This document shows positions 8,858 to 17,348 of a DNA stretch of 61,414 nucleotides, one piece after another (the first letter of the stretch is position 1; every line of letters begins with the position of its first letter). Source of the stretch: Candidatus Enterousia sp. GTDB lineage: Bacteria; Pseudomonadota; Alphaproteobacteria; Rs-D84. The notes under the pieces are model-generated. The model was given only the letters and a program-made list of their open reading frames with translations. It did no database searches and was not told the DNA's origin. A program made the translations under genes and the position numbers. The stretch lies in NCBI GenBank assembly GCA_045536625.1, contig JAZSNY010000018.1, positions 1 through 61,414 of the forward strand, written 5' to 3'.

Positions 8858-10339
8858 ATGAAAAAACTTGTATTATTGACATCTGTTTTAGCACTGGCCG
8901 CATGTGGTGGTGGCAGTGGCGGTTCAGGTGGCGGTGCCGGCATTGGTGATGTGCCAAGTATTCCAGAAACACCAAACACCCCAGATACACCAACCATAGA
9001 AGCACCAGTATTGATTACAGAAACGATTAGCGATACTGTTCGGGCATCAAATGCATCTGTGACAGGTATTGCATTGGACAATCGTGCAGAATTGATTGAT
9101 ATGGTTGAACAGACATTGGGCAAAACATACCAAGACGAAGAAACATCTGCCGCCACATATTCTTTGCGTGCAGGTCATGGTATGGATAATGACAAACGCT
9201 GGGAATGGGCTAAGGGCAAGATTAATCACATGGGATGGTTTGATAAATCGGACGAAGATTTGTTGGCCAAACTGAACGAGTACAAAGAACAAGGGGAAGC
9301 TGCATATAACAAATTTATCAATGACCTGAAAGATGCCTTTACACTTATTGGTGGCAGTGCGGGGGATTTTGATAGTTTTTTAGACTCTGACGATTGTGCA
9401 GGCCTGGCAGGGTTTATTGCAGGTATTATTGGTGGTGACTTGAAAGACGATTTTGAGCAGACCAAAGAAGATATGCAATACAAGGAATTTGACCTGAGTG
9501 GTGTAAAATTTTATCGTGGTAATGCCCATGACGCAGGCGAATACATTCAACTCAAATTAGATAACAACGGCGAAATCAAACAGATGTATATGTCAGATGC
9601 CGGAACTTTTGACCGCTCTAACACTAATTCGCAATTTGCTTTCCATGGATACAGATATGAAGTTGATGGACACGAATTTATGTCCGCTACAAAAATAACA
9701 ACAGACGAAGAGTTGAGACGTATATTACAGGACTATAGCAGTATTGAAGATGTATCAGACATTACCCTGGCGGATGTGGAAGAACAAGAAGTTTCATACA
9801 GCATAGACATGACAACATTTGGGCGCGATATCGGTTTGCAATATTCGGACTTTGGTCAGATATTATTGTCGGCTAACAATTCGTCTAATCCTGGGTATGG
9901 AATGTTTGCAGGCGGATATGACGACAAGAAAATTGATGTCAAAAATATTGATAACGCAACCGAGATGATGTTTACAGGTACAGCCATCGCGAACGTAAAA
10001 CTGGAAGAAGAAGAAAAACTGTTAGCCCCTGCCGAAGCGACCCTGACATTCAACCCAAGCACACAGACAGAAGAGCTAAATATGTCTTTCTCTGACTGGC
10101 ATGATGTTCAAATTACCCGTTCTGGAGATAACGATGCGGTATTTGAATTTTCTAACTTTACGGGTGAAAATGAAGACTGGGCCATCGTTGGTACAGACGT
10201 TTACAAGCAACAGTTTGAAACAACATATTATGGCGCAAATGGTACACCAACAGAAGCAACAGCGGCATTTGGCTATGTTGAACAAGACCGTGGCGGTACT
10301 GAATTACGATTTGGTGGTGCGTTCGGTGGTGTAAAATAA
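8858..10339 (+). CDS. Surface lipoprotein candidate 2 (putative Slam substrate)
   Basis: Signal/lipobox MKKLVLLTSVLALAACGGGSGGSGGG is almost identical to that of candidate 1. C-terminus ends LRFGGAFGGVK. Confidence 0.6.
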   Translation: MKKLVLLTSVLALAACGGGSGGSGGGAGIGDVPSIPETPNTPDTPTIEAPVLITETISDTVRASNASVTGIALDNRAELIDMVEQTLGKTYQDEETSAATYSLRAGHGMDNDKRWEWAKGKINHMGWFDKSDEDLLAKLNEYKEQGEAAYNKFINDLKDAFTLIGGSAGDFDSFLDSDDCAGLAGFIAGIIGGDLKDDFEQTKEDMQYKEFDLSGVKFYRGNAHDAGEYIQLKLDNNGEIKQMYMSDAGTFDRSNTNSQFAFHGYRYEVDGHEFMSATKITTDEELRRILQDYSSIEDVSDITLADVEEQEVSYSIDMTTFGRDIGLQYSDFGQILLSANNSSNPGYGMFAGGYDDKKIDVKNIDNATEMMFTGTAIANVKLEEEEKLLAPAEATLTFNPSTQTEELNMSFSDWHDVQITRSGDNDAVFEFSNFTGENEDWAIVGTDVYKQQFETTYYGANGTPTEATAAFGYVEQDRGGTELRFGGAFGGVK

Positions 10340-10362
10340 AGCATTATACCGATGTGCAAAAG

Positions 10363-10397
10363 TCCCCCTGACAAACTTCAAACCAGGGGGATTTTTT
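10363..10397 (+). terminator. Intrinsic terminator of the Slam operon
   Basis: CCCCCTG-13 nt-CAGGGGG followed by TTTTTT. Confidence 0.75.
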
Positions 10398-10434
10398 ATG
10401 TCAGATTTGTATTGTTTCTTTGAGAAATTTTAGC

Positions 10435-10466
10435 AAAAACACCCCGAAAAGCACTGTAAAGGGGTG
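10435..10466 (-). terminator. Intrinsic terminator of the HUH gene
   Basis: Minus sense: CACCCC-15 nt-GGGGUG followed by UUUUUG. Confidence 0.55.
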
Positions 10467-10515
10467 TTGAATGTGTAATGTTTTTGTTCTAAAGGCGAGA
10501 GATTAAGTTTTGTGC

Positions 10516-11022
10516 TTACAGGGAAAAAATCTCTTCTGAAAACTCAAATCGTATCTGACGCTCTACAGATTTTTCTTCCTGCCAGACTTCTTTTTGACAG
10601 TAATTCACAGCATCTTGAACTGATTTTATATTGTCCAACAAGCTAACATCAACATCCAAATCCGTTTTACATCCATTGTTGCAGCGGAAAGTGTGGTTGG
10701 CGCGACTTACTGCTTTTTCTATATCGTCATAGCTCTCTATTTTACCGTTTTTGTTATCTGTGAAGTTGCCCAAGATGTGTGCGTGCCATGGTTCCAATTC
10801 ATTTTTATTTTCGTAAAACACAATGAAGCGATAATGATGTTTGTGCCATTTCTTACCTAACAATTCTTTCTCAACTTGTTGCATTATATTTTTGATATTG
10901 AATCTAAAACGTTCTAGTTTTTTTGATTTATATGCTGATGGAAGTTGTATCGTTATCATATAGTTTGGCTGTATTGAATTGACTATACTTTCTACTCTTG
11001 CTCTTTTCAGATTTTTTTTCAT
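10516..11022 (-). CDS. Small HUH-Y1 endonuclease-like protein (Rep/relaxase/transposase superfamily)
   Basis: 168 aa. Motif order: MITIQLP (beta strand), PWHAHILGNF (HUH at aa 80-82), NYCQKE (Tyr141). The roughly 59-aa HUH-to-Tyr spacing resembles IS200/IS608 TnpA and CRESS/RCR Rep nuclease domains. No helicase domain. Confidence 0.4.
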   Translation of the reverse strand: MKKNLKRARVESIVNSIQPNYMITIQLPSAYKSKKLERFRFNIKNIMQQVEKELLGKKWHKHHYRFIVFYENKNELEPWHAHILGNFTDNKNGKIESYDDIEKAVSRANHTFRCNNGCKTDLDVDVSLLDNIKSVQDAVNYCQKEVWQEEKSVERQIRFEFSEEIFSL

Positions 11023-11253
11023 TTCTTCTATCCTTTTTTTTTAGGGGTAATATACGGGGCAACACGCACGCGCGAGTATATAGTACTTATTTGACACCAA
11101 ACCACCCATGTCTGTTTGATTTCTGGCCACAAAATCCGACCGGAGAAAGTGCATCTGGTGCTGTTTTTTGAGCTTTTGGGAATAAAGGCCACCTAGGCTG
11201 AACGAGACCTTTCCCCTAAGGATTTGCTTGCAATCAAATCTGTCAAAAAACAT

Positions 11254-11293
11254 AAAAAAGACCCACCATGCGGTTCATGAGACATGATGGGGT
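11254..11293 (-). terminator. Intrinsic terminator of the 11391-11705 gene
   Basis: Minus sense: ACCCCAUCAUG...CAUGGUGGGU followed by a U-run. Confidence 0.5.
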
Positions 11294-11390
11294 TTCTTGC
11301 CAAAAAACTTTCAAAGACCATGAACCGTATAGCAGTAAAACAGTAGCAGGATAAAAGGCAAGTTCCAACCACCGTTTATATATAATAGAA

Positions 11391-11705
11391 CTAAAATTTT
11401 TTTACTTTTTTGCACGACATAAATTTTTTTATTGCGTCATGCAGTTGCTTTTTCTCATGCTGTCTTGCGTGGCGCGCCAATGTGGTCATAATTTGTTCTT
11501 TGATTTGGGCTTGGCCTAGTTCGTCCTTGCAATGAAATCCATCGGGGTATGTCACGTTGTTCTGACTTGGATTTTCGTCTGAATATGTCGCCTGTATACC
11601 ATCTATAACAAATGCATTGTCTACGGTCATACGTACCAATGCGGTAAACAGGTCAGAAATATTATTATAATTTGAGTTGTTGATTTCAATGTTTGTGACT
11701 TTCAT
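11391..11705 (-). CDS. Hypothetical protein (104 aa)
   Basis: ORF with its own terminator and no recognisable motif. Start set at the ATG at 11705 because the upstream TTG has no spacing to its G-run. Confidence 0.35.
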   Translation of the reverse strand: MKVTNIEINNSNYNNISDLFTALVRMTVDNAFVIDGIQATYSDENPSQNNVTYPDGFHCKDELGQAQIKEQIMTTLARHARQHEKKQLHDAIKKFMSCKKVKKF

Positions 11706-11939
11706 ATTTTTGTCCGTTTGATATAGTAAATAGAACTGCAACCCCCAAATAATTTATACTGCGTGTGAATTTTATGCTTGTTTAATCTTGACAACACACA
11801 AATGCTGATGTAAGGTATTCCTGTATTTTCATGGTGGGACCAGTAATGTGACACCATCGTGGAAAACAAGGGCAAATTTAGGTGGCATTGCAAATAAAAA
11901 AGCCGAGAAATCAAGCTTTTTGATTTTCAAGGTTTCTGA

Positions 11940-11955
11940 CCAATACCACCCACCA
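11940..11955 (+). repeat. attR-like direct repeat (copy of the tRNA-Val 3' end)
   Basis: CCAATACCACCCACCA vs CCAATATCACCCACCA at 3375-3390. Confidence 0.6.
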
Positions 11956-11963
11956 GACACGAT

Positions 11964-11992
11964 AAAAAACACCGGCATTTGCCGGTGTTTTT
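11964..11992. terminator. Stereotyped bidirectional terminator
   Basis: AAAAAA-CACCGGC-attt-GCCGGTG-TTTTT. Confidence 0.7.
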
Positions 11993-12500
11993 ATTTCAAT
12001 TTGTGACGATGCTTGATAAATGATTGAACCTCTTGCAAAAATTCTTGATTATTTATTTGCAATGGTGCAATCACAGGCTTGAACAAACAGGTCGGTAATG
12101 TATGCTGAATAAAATAACACAAATCTTCGGTACGATGGTTCGAATAACAATTACGCACCTTTTCAAATGCGTGATTCAAACGCACCTTTTCGTTTGCAGC
12201 AAACATTGTTTGCGAAAAGTTCGGAACACGACCGGATATAATTTCCGATTGAATTTCGTAATAATTGTTGGAACATAGAACCTCGGCCGGGCCGCGTTCA
12301 TAATTTATAAAACGCATGTTTGCCATCGGTGAATTTTTGGGGAATTCGTATCCGGGCTGTAACGATGCATATTCCAACCACAGTAAATATGTCAACCGGC
12401 CCAACTTTACCGGTGGTACATTTTTTATGCCATGATGGCGCGTTATTTCGTTTACAATATAAATAATGGTATTTTTATCAATTTGATTTAATGTTTTCAT
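11991..12500 (-). CDS. DUF4065/Panacea (SocA/GepA)-like protein, tentative
   Basis: 169 aa. VKLGRLTYLLWLEYA resembles the kLqKLLYfaqg helix, and NYERGPAEV resembles the w.yGPV segment of this family, both from memory. No adjacent toxin-like ORF. Confidence 0.3.
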   Translation of the reverse strand: MKTLNQIDKNTIIYIVNEITRHHGIKNVPPVKLGRLTYLLWLEYASLQPGYEFPKNSPMANMRFINYERGPAEVLCSNNYYEIQSEIISGRVPNFSQTMFAANEKVRLNHAFEKVRNCYSNHRTEDLCYFIQHTLPTCLFKPVIAPLQINNQEFLQEVQSFIKHRHKLK

Positions 12501-12621
12501 ATTACACCCCCAAAAGGTTATAACAAATGTACTATATCAGTTTGTTTTTTCAAGTTTTTTATTAATATTGATTTATTCAAAATATGTTTTATAATTCCCG
12601 CGATAAATAAAAGGGCATAAA

Positions 12622-14622
12622 ATGGCGAAAAAATATTTAATTACCTCGGCTTTACCATACGTTAATTATAATTTACATATTGGGCATCTGGTGGGATGCC
12701 TGTTGCCAAGCGATGTATACGCACGATTTTGCCGGGCACGTGGACGCGATGTTTTGTTTGTCTGTGGCGCAGATGAGCATGGCACGGCCAGTGAAATTGG
12801 CGCAATGAAGGAACGTATGCCCGTTGAAAAATATGTCGACAAATATCGTGCCGCACATGAAGATGCAGTGAAAAAATTTAATCTGTCTTTTGATATTTAC
12901 GGTCGTACACACACAAAAAAACACGCCGAGTTAATTCAGTCGCTGTTTAAACGATTGGACGAGCAGGGGATGTTAGAAGAAAAAATATCTGTTCAGCCGT
13001 ACTCAATAAAAGACGAAATGTTCTTGGCCGACAGATTTGTTGTTGGAACCTGTCCACGGTGCGGTTATGAAAAAGCATATGGTAACGAGTGTGGCAAATG
13101 TGGCGCAACCCTGGAACCGGAACAATTAATTAACCCGCACAGTGCGATTACACCGGATTCGCCGGTCGAAATGCGCGAAACCAAGCATCTGTATTTCCGG
13201 ACCAGCGCAATGCAAGAAACTTTGCGTAAATGGATTGATTCACGCGTGGGTTGGCCCAAAACTGCAATATCTATTGCAAACAAATGGTTGGACGAAGGAT
13301 TACGTGACAGTCCGATTACACGTGACCTGAAATGGGGAATTCCTGTCAATAAGCCGGGGTACGAGAACAAAGTGTTTTATGTTTGGTTTGATGCACCATG
13401 GGGATATGTTTCTATTTCACAGGCCGCAAATGATAAATGGGCGGATTGGTGGCACGGGGGGACGGATGTGCACTATACCCAATTTATGGGCAAGGACAAT
13501 GTGTCGTTCCATTCTATCTTTTTCCCAGCCCAGGAATTGGCAATGAATGATAATTGGAAAACCGTTGATACGTTAAAGGCCTTTAACTTTTTAAATTATA
13601 ATGGGGCAAAGATTTCTAAATCGACGGGAAATGGTATATTCCTGAATGATGCAATTGAAGATGCACCCGCAGACGCGTGGAGGTACGCAATCATTGCAAG
13701 TGCACCGGAAACAGATGATACAGATTTCACAATCGCACGCTTTGCCGATATTGTGAACAAAGACCTGAACGGAATGTTGGGGAATTTTGTATCACGTGTA
13801 TGCAAACTGACCGCCAAGAATTTTGGAAATAATGTTCCAAATGCGGGCGCGTGGGACGTGGAACTGGAATCACAGATTAATGAAAAATTGACTGAATTGA
13901 CCCGTGCATTGGATGCGTGTGAATTTCGCGCATCAATCGTGGCATTGCGCGGACTGTATGCGATAGGTAATGAATATATGACAAAAATGGAACCGTGGGC
14001 ATTGGTTAAAAATGGTGATATGGCGGGCGCTGGGAATGCGCTGAATAAATGTTTTCAGTTAATTGACCTGTATGCACGTGTGTCGGCCCCCTTTATCCCA
14101 ACGGCGGCAAAGAAAATGCAAAATATTTTTGCAAATGCGCAAGACCTGACGTGGCCAGAAAAGTTTGAAGTGCGTATTACGGACGGCGCAGAATTTATCG
14201 TGCCAGAAAACCTGTTTAATCGCATTGATGATGAAATGATTGCAAGATTAACAGAAAAATATGCACCACGCGTGGTGGATAATTCCCCAAAATTAACGGT
14301 TGCAGAAATTGTCGAGGTAAAAAATCATCCTTCGCGTGAAGATTTGCATATATTGGTTGTTAACAACGGTACGGACAAGGTTCAAATTGTTTGCGGCGCG
14401 CCAAATGCACGTGTTGGATTGCGCGGTGTTTTGGCACCGGTGGGATGTAAATTGCCGGGCGCAAAAAAACCAATGGCACAACGCACCGTTGCGGGCGTCG
14501 AATCATTTGGTATGATGTGCAGCGCGGCCGAAATTGGCACCGGATCAGACGATGATAACATTATCGACCTGGGCAATGAGGCATTGGTTGGCACAGAATA
14601 TAAAGTAAATGAAGGGAAATAA
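12622..14622 (+). CDS. metG: Methionyl-tRNA synthetase with C-terminal tRNA-binding domain
   Basis: HIGH-type NLHIGHLVG, a Zn knuckle CPRCGYEKAYGNECGKCG, the KMSKS variant KISKSTGN, and a C-terminal Trbp111-like domain. Confidence 0.97.
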   Translation: MAKKYLITSALPYVNYNLHIGHLVGCLLPSDVYARFCRARGRDVLFVCGADEHGTASEIGAMKERMPVEKYVDKYRAAHEDAVKKFNLSFDIYGRTHTKKHAELIQSLFKRLDEQGMLEEKISVQPYSIKDEMFLADRFVVGTCPRCGYEKAYGNECGKCGATLEPEQLINPHSAITPDSPVEMRETKHLYFRTSAMQETLRKWIDSRVGWPKTAISIANKWLDEGLRDSPITRDLKWGIPVNKPGYENKVFYVWFDAPWGYVSISQAANDKWADWWHGGTDVHYTQFMGKDNVSFHSIFFPAQELAMNDNWKTVDTLKAFNFLNYNGAKISKSTGNGIFLNDAIEDAPADAWRYAIIASAPETDDTDFTIARFADIVNKDLNGMLGNFVSRVCKLTAKNFGNNVPNAGAWDVELESQINEKLTELTRALDACEFRASIVALRGLYAIGNEYMTKMEPWALVKNGDMAGAGNALNKCFQLIDLYARVSAPFIPTAAKKMQNIFANAQDLTWPEKFEVRITDGAEFIVPENLFNRIDDEMIARLTEKYAPRVVDNSPKLTVAEIVEVKNHPSREDLHILVVNNGTDKVQIVCGAPNARVGLRGVLAPVGCKLPGAKKPMAQRTVAGVESFGMMCSAAEIGTGSDDDNIIDLGNEALVGTEYKVNEGK

Positions 14623-14624
14623 TT

Positions 14625-15176
14625 ATGGAAAACAGATTAACGAAAGAAGAGTTTGGCATTCGACAAAAAATAACGGTGCGTGTGCACGCCGATAAATTTT
14701 TGTCCGAAGGTGAAATTTTGGATATGAATGAGATACTTGGGGGGATTACCAAAATATTGGGGTTGGTAGGCGACTGTTACAGAATGGAAATTATTAGAAC
14801 AAAGGAAAACTATAATATTAGAACAGGGGTTGCCACGCATTTCTTGGAACAGAAAACTTTGTCAATGTGGGTTACGGACGAAATAACAAGTCCGAAAAAA
14901 ATAAAACAAGATGCACCAACTGCAAAATTTGAACCGGTAATAACAAATGAAAAAATGAACGTACCCGCAATAAAAAAAGGGATATGTACGCAGTATGGTA
15001 TAGGCCTTAGAACAAGAGCAGGCGCAACAAAACGGGTCCCCGTATCAAAAACGGTAATGTGGCATGAATTAACGCAAGAAGACACCGTTGTTAACAAGGA
15101 TTTAAAACAGATTTATCCGACCGCAACCGGCAAAATACCCATGGCTTTGGCAGAATTGTTACAACATGTCAGATAA
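14625..15176 (+). CDS. Hypothetical protein (183 aa)
   Basis: Starts 3 nt after the metG stop and overlaps queH by 11 nt. No motif recognised. Confidence 0.45.
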   Translation: MENRLTKEEFGIRQKITVRVHADKFLSEGEILDMNEILGGITKILGLVGDCYRMEIIRTKENYNIRTGVATHFLEQKTLSMWVTDEITSPKKIKQDAPTAKFEPVITNEKMNVPAIKKGICTQYGIGLRTRAGATKRVPVSKTVMWHELTQEDTVVNKDLKQIYPTATGKIPMALAELLQHVR

Positions 15177-15711
15177 AAATTTACGCCTTGTTTTGTTGTC
15201 TTGTTGCGCACCGTGCAGCGCGGGCGCAATAAAACAGTTGGCAGATGGCGCAATTGACGGGGTTAAAGATTTTATTGTTCTGTTCTATAACCCCAATATC
15301 TTTCCAGAATCGGAATATACCAAACGTATGTATGAACAGATAAAATACTGTGAAAGCGTTGGCGTGAAATATGCTGTTCTGGAATATAACCATAATGAGT
15401 GGCGTGCAGCCATTCGCGGATTAGAGACAGAACCCGAACGTGGGGCACGTTGTTCATTGTGCTTTGCGTATCGTTTTCGGCGCGCAGTGCAATTCGCACG
15501 TGAAAATGGATATAATGCAATTGGCAGTGTGTTGGGGGTATCGCGTCATAAAAGTCAACCCCAGGTGGATGATGCGGCCATTAAGACGTGCAACGATTTA
15601 TCATATATGCCGATTAAATGGGATGAAAATTTACGTGTACAAATAAATCGTGAATCTGATTTCTATCGGCAAAATTATTGCGGTTGCGAATTTAGTATTC
15701 GCAAAGTATAA
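15166..15711 (+). CDS. queH: Epoxyqueuosine reductase QueH (DUF208)
   Basis: LLSCCAPCSAG near the N-terminus, CSLCF, and the C-terminal YRQNYCGCEFS cysteine pattern. Confidence 0.8.
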   Translation: MSDKNLRLVLLSCCAPCSAGAIKQLADGAIDGVKDFIVLFYNPNIFPESEYTKRMYEQIKYCESVGVKYAVLEYNHNEWRAAIRGLETEPERGARCSLCFAYRFRRAVQFARENGYNAIGSVLGVSRHKSQPQVDDAAIKTCNDLSYMPIKWDENLRVQINRESDFYRQNYCGCEFSIRKV

Positions 15712-15740
15712 TGCCTTTATAATTTAACAAAGGGCAAAAT

Positions 15741-16619
15741 ATGTCATCGATATTTGTATTTCCCGGCCAGGGCGCACAAAGCGTCGGTATGGGCAAAGAG
15801 TTATATGAAAGTAATGCCGCCGCACGTGCGGTTTTTGACGAAGTGGATGCGGCTTTGGGTGAAAAACTGTCCGATATTATTTTTAATGGTCCGGCAGAAG
15901 ATTTAACGCTAACCGCAAATGTTCAACCCGCCATTATGGCAACCAGTATCGCCATGATGCGCGCGGCGGGGGCACGTGTTCCCGATTATGTTGCAGGACA
16001 CAGTTTGGGCGAATATACCGCGCTGTGTGCGGCGGGGGCGTTGTCGGTTGGCGATGCCGCAAAATTGTTGCGCGCACGTGGAAACGCAATGCAGACGGCC
16101 GTACCGGTGGGGCAGGGACTGACCGCGGTTATTTTGGGACTGAGTATTGAAGCGGTTCGTGAAATTTGTAACGAGACGGACTGTGACGTTGCAAATGATA
16201 ATTCCCCGGGACAGGTTGTTATTTCGGGGGCACGGGATATTGTCGAAAAAACAATGGCCGTGGCCAAAGAACGTGGCGCAAAGCGTGCGATGCCTTTGGC
16301 GCTGTCTGTGCCGGTACACTGTCGGATTCAGGCGCCCGCCGCAGAAGAGATGCGCGTGGCATTGGATGGGGTAAAATTTAATACGCCATGTGTGCCACTG
16401 ATATCAAACAAAACATGCGCACCCATGACAGATATTTCGGAAATCAAAGAAGCACTGGTTTATCAAATTACACACGGTGTACGTTGGCGCGAAAGTGTTT
16501 TAAATATGGCAGACATGGGAATTACAGAAATGATAGAAGTGGGGCCGGGCAGTGTATTAACAGGACTGTGTGGACGTATAACCGATAAAATAACCGCAAA
16601 AAAGTTGGAGATAAATTAA
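15741..16619 (+). CDS. fabD: Malonyl-CoA-ACP transacylase
   Basis: FVFPGQGAQSVGMG and the GHSLGEY active-site motif. Confidence 0.95.
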   Translation: MSSIFVFPGQGAQSVGMGKELYESNAAARAVFDEVDAALGEKLSDIIFNGPAEDLTLTANVQPAIMATSIAMMRAAGARVPDYVAGHSLGEYTALCAAGALSVGDAAKLLRARGNAMQTAVPVGQGLTAVILGLSIEAVREICNETDCDVANDNSPGQVVISGARDIVEKTMAVAKERGAKRAMPLALSVPVHCRIQAPAAEEMRVALDGVKFNTPCVPLISNKTCAPMTDISEIKEALVYQITHGVRWRESVLNMADMGITEMIEVGPGSVLTGLCGRITDKITAKKLEIN

Positions 16620-17347
16620 TGTTTGATTTAACAGGTAAAGTTGCATTAATCACAGGCGCCACGGGTGGCATCGGTGCGGAAATTGCAAAAAAAATGAAGC
16701 AGGCAGGCGCAACCGTTGTTGTATCGGGGCGAAATGTCGCAAAAATGGATGCAGAATTTGGTGATGAATATATCAAAATTCCGGCCGACCTGGCCCAGGA
16801 TGGCGCGGCGGTGGAATTAATTATGGACACAATCGAACGCGCCGGAAAAATTGATATTTTAATCAATAATGCCGGTATCACACGTGACACCCTGCTGATG
16901 CGTATGACAGATGAACAATTTGATGAAGTGATTAATACGAATTTGCGTTCTTGTTTTAAAATGTGTCGTGCGGCAATTATGCCAATGATGAAAAACCGTT
17001 TTGGGCGTATTATTAATATGGCATCTATTATCGGTACCATTGGTGGCCCGGGCCAGGCAAACTATGCCGCATCCAAGGGTGGTATGATTGCGATGACAAA
17101 ATCAATCGCGGCCGAAGTTGCATCCCGCGGTATTACCGCAAATGCGATTGCGCCGGGATTTATTAAAACACCCATGACGGATGTTTTGTCGGACGATTTA
17201 AAGAAAACCTATTTAAGTCAGATTCCGGCGGGGCGCTTTGGCGAACCAGAAGATATTGCAAATGCGTGTGTGTTCCTGGCTTCGGACGAGGCATCATATA
17301 TCAATGGGCAAACACTGCATGTAAATGGTGGTATGGGGCGTTTTTAA
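16619..17347 (+). CDS. fabG: 3-oxoacyl-ACP reductase
   Basis: SDR with TGATGGIG, NNAG and YAASK motifs. Follows fabD. Confidence 0.95.
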   Translation: MFDLTGKVALITGATGGIGAEIAKKMKQAGATVVVSGRNVAKMDAEFGDEYIKIPADLAQDGAAVELIMDTIERAGKIDILINNAGITRDTLLMRMTDEQFDEVINTNLRSCFKMCRAAIMPMMKNRFGRIINMASIIGTIGGPGQANYAASKGGMIAMTKSIAAEVASRGITANAIAPGFIKTPMTDVLSDDLKKTYLSQIPAGRFGEPEDIANACVFLASDEASYINGQTLHVNGGMGRF

Positions 17348-17348
17348 T

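Larger units (their letters stand above)
3375..11955. mobile_element. Genomic island of about 8.6 kb integrated at the 3' end of tRNA-Val
   Basis: The tRNA 3' end CCAATATCACCCACCA (3375-3390) is repeated as CCAATACCACCCACCA (11940-11955). A tyrosine integrase gene lies next to the tRNA. The cargo is accessory genes (Slam operon, recombinase, HUH protein). Confidence 0.65.

Noticed and set aside
10400-11260. Complete IS200/IS605-type insertion sequence around the HUH gene
   Set aside because: It is a single copy with no tnpB and no recognisable matching subterminal hairpins at both ends, and the gene has an ordinary terminator. I kept it as an HUH protein of open function.
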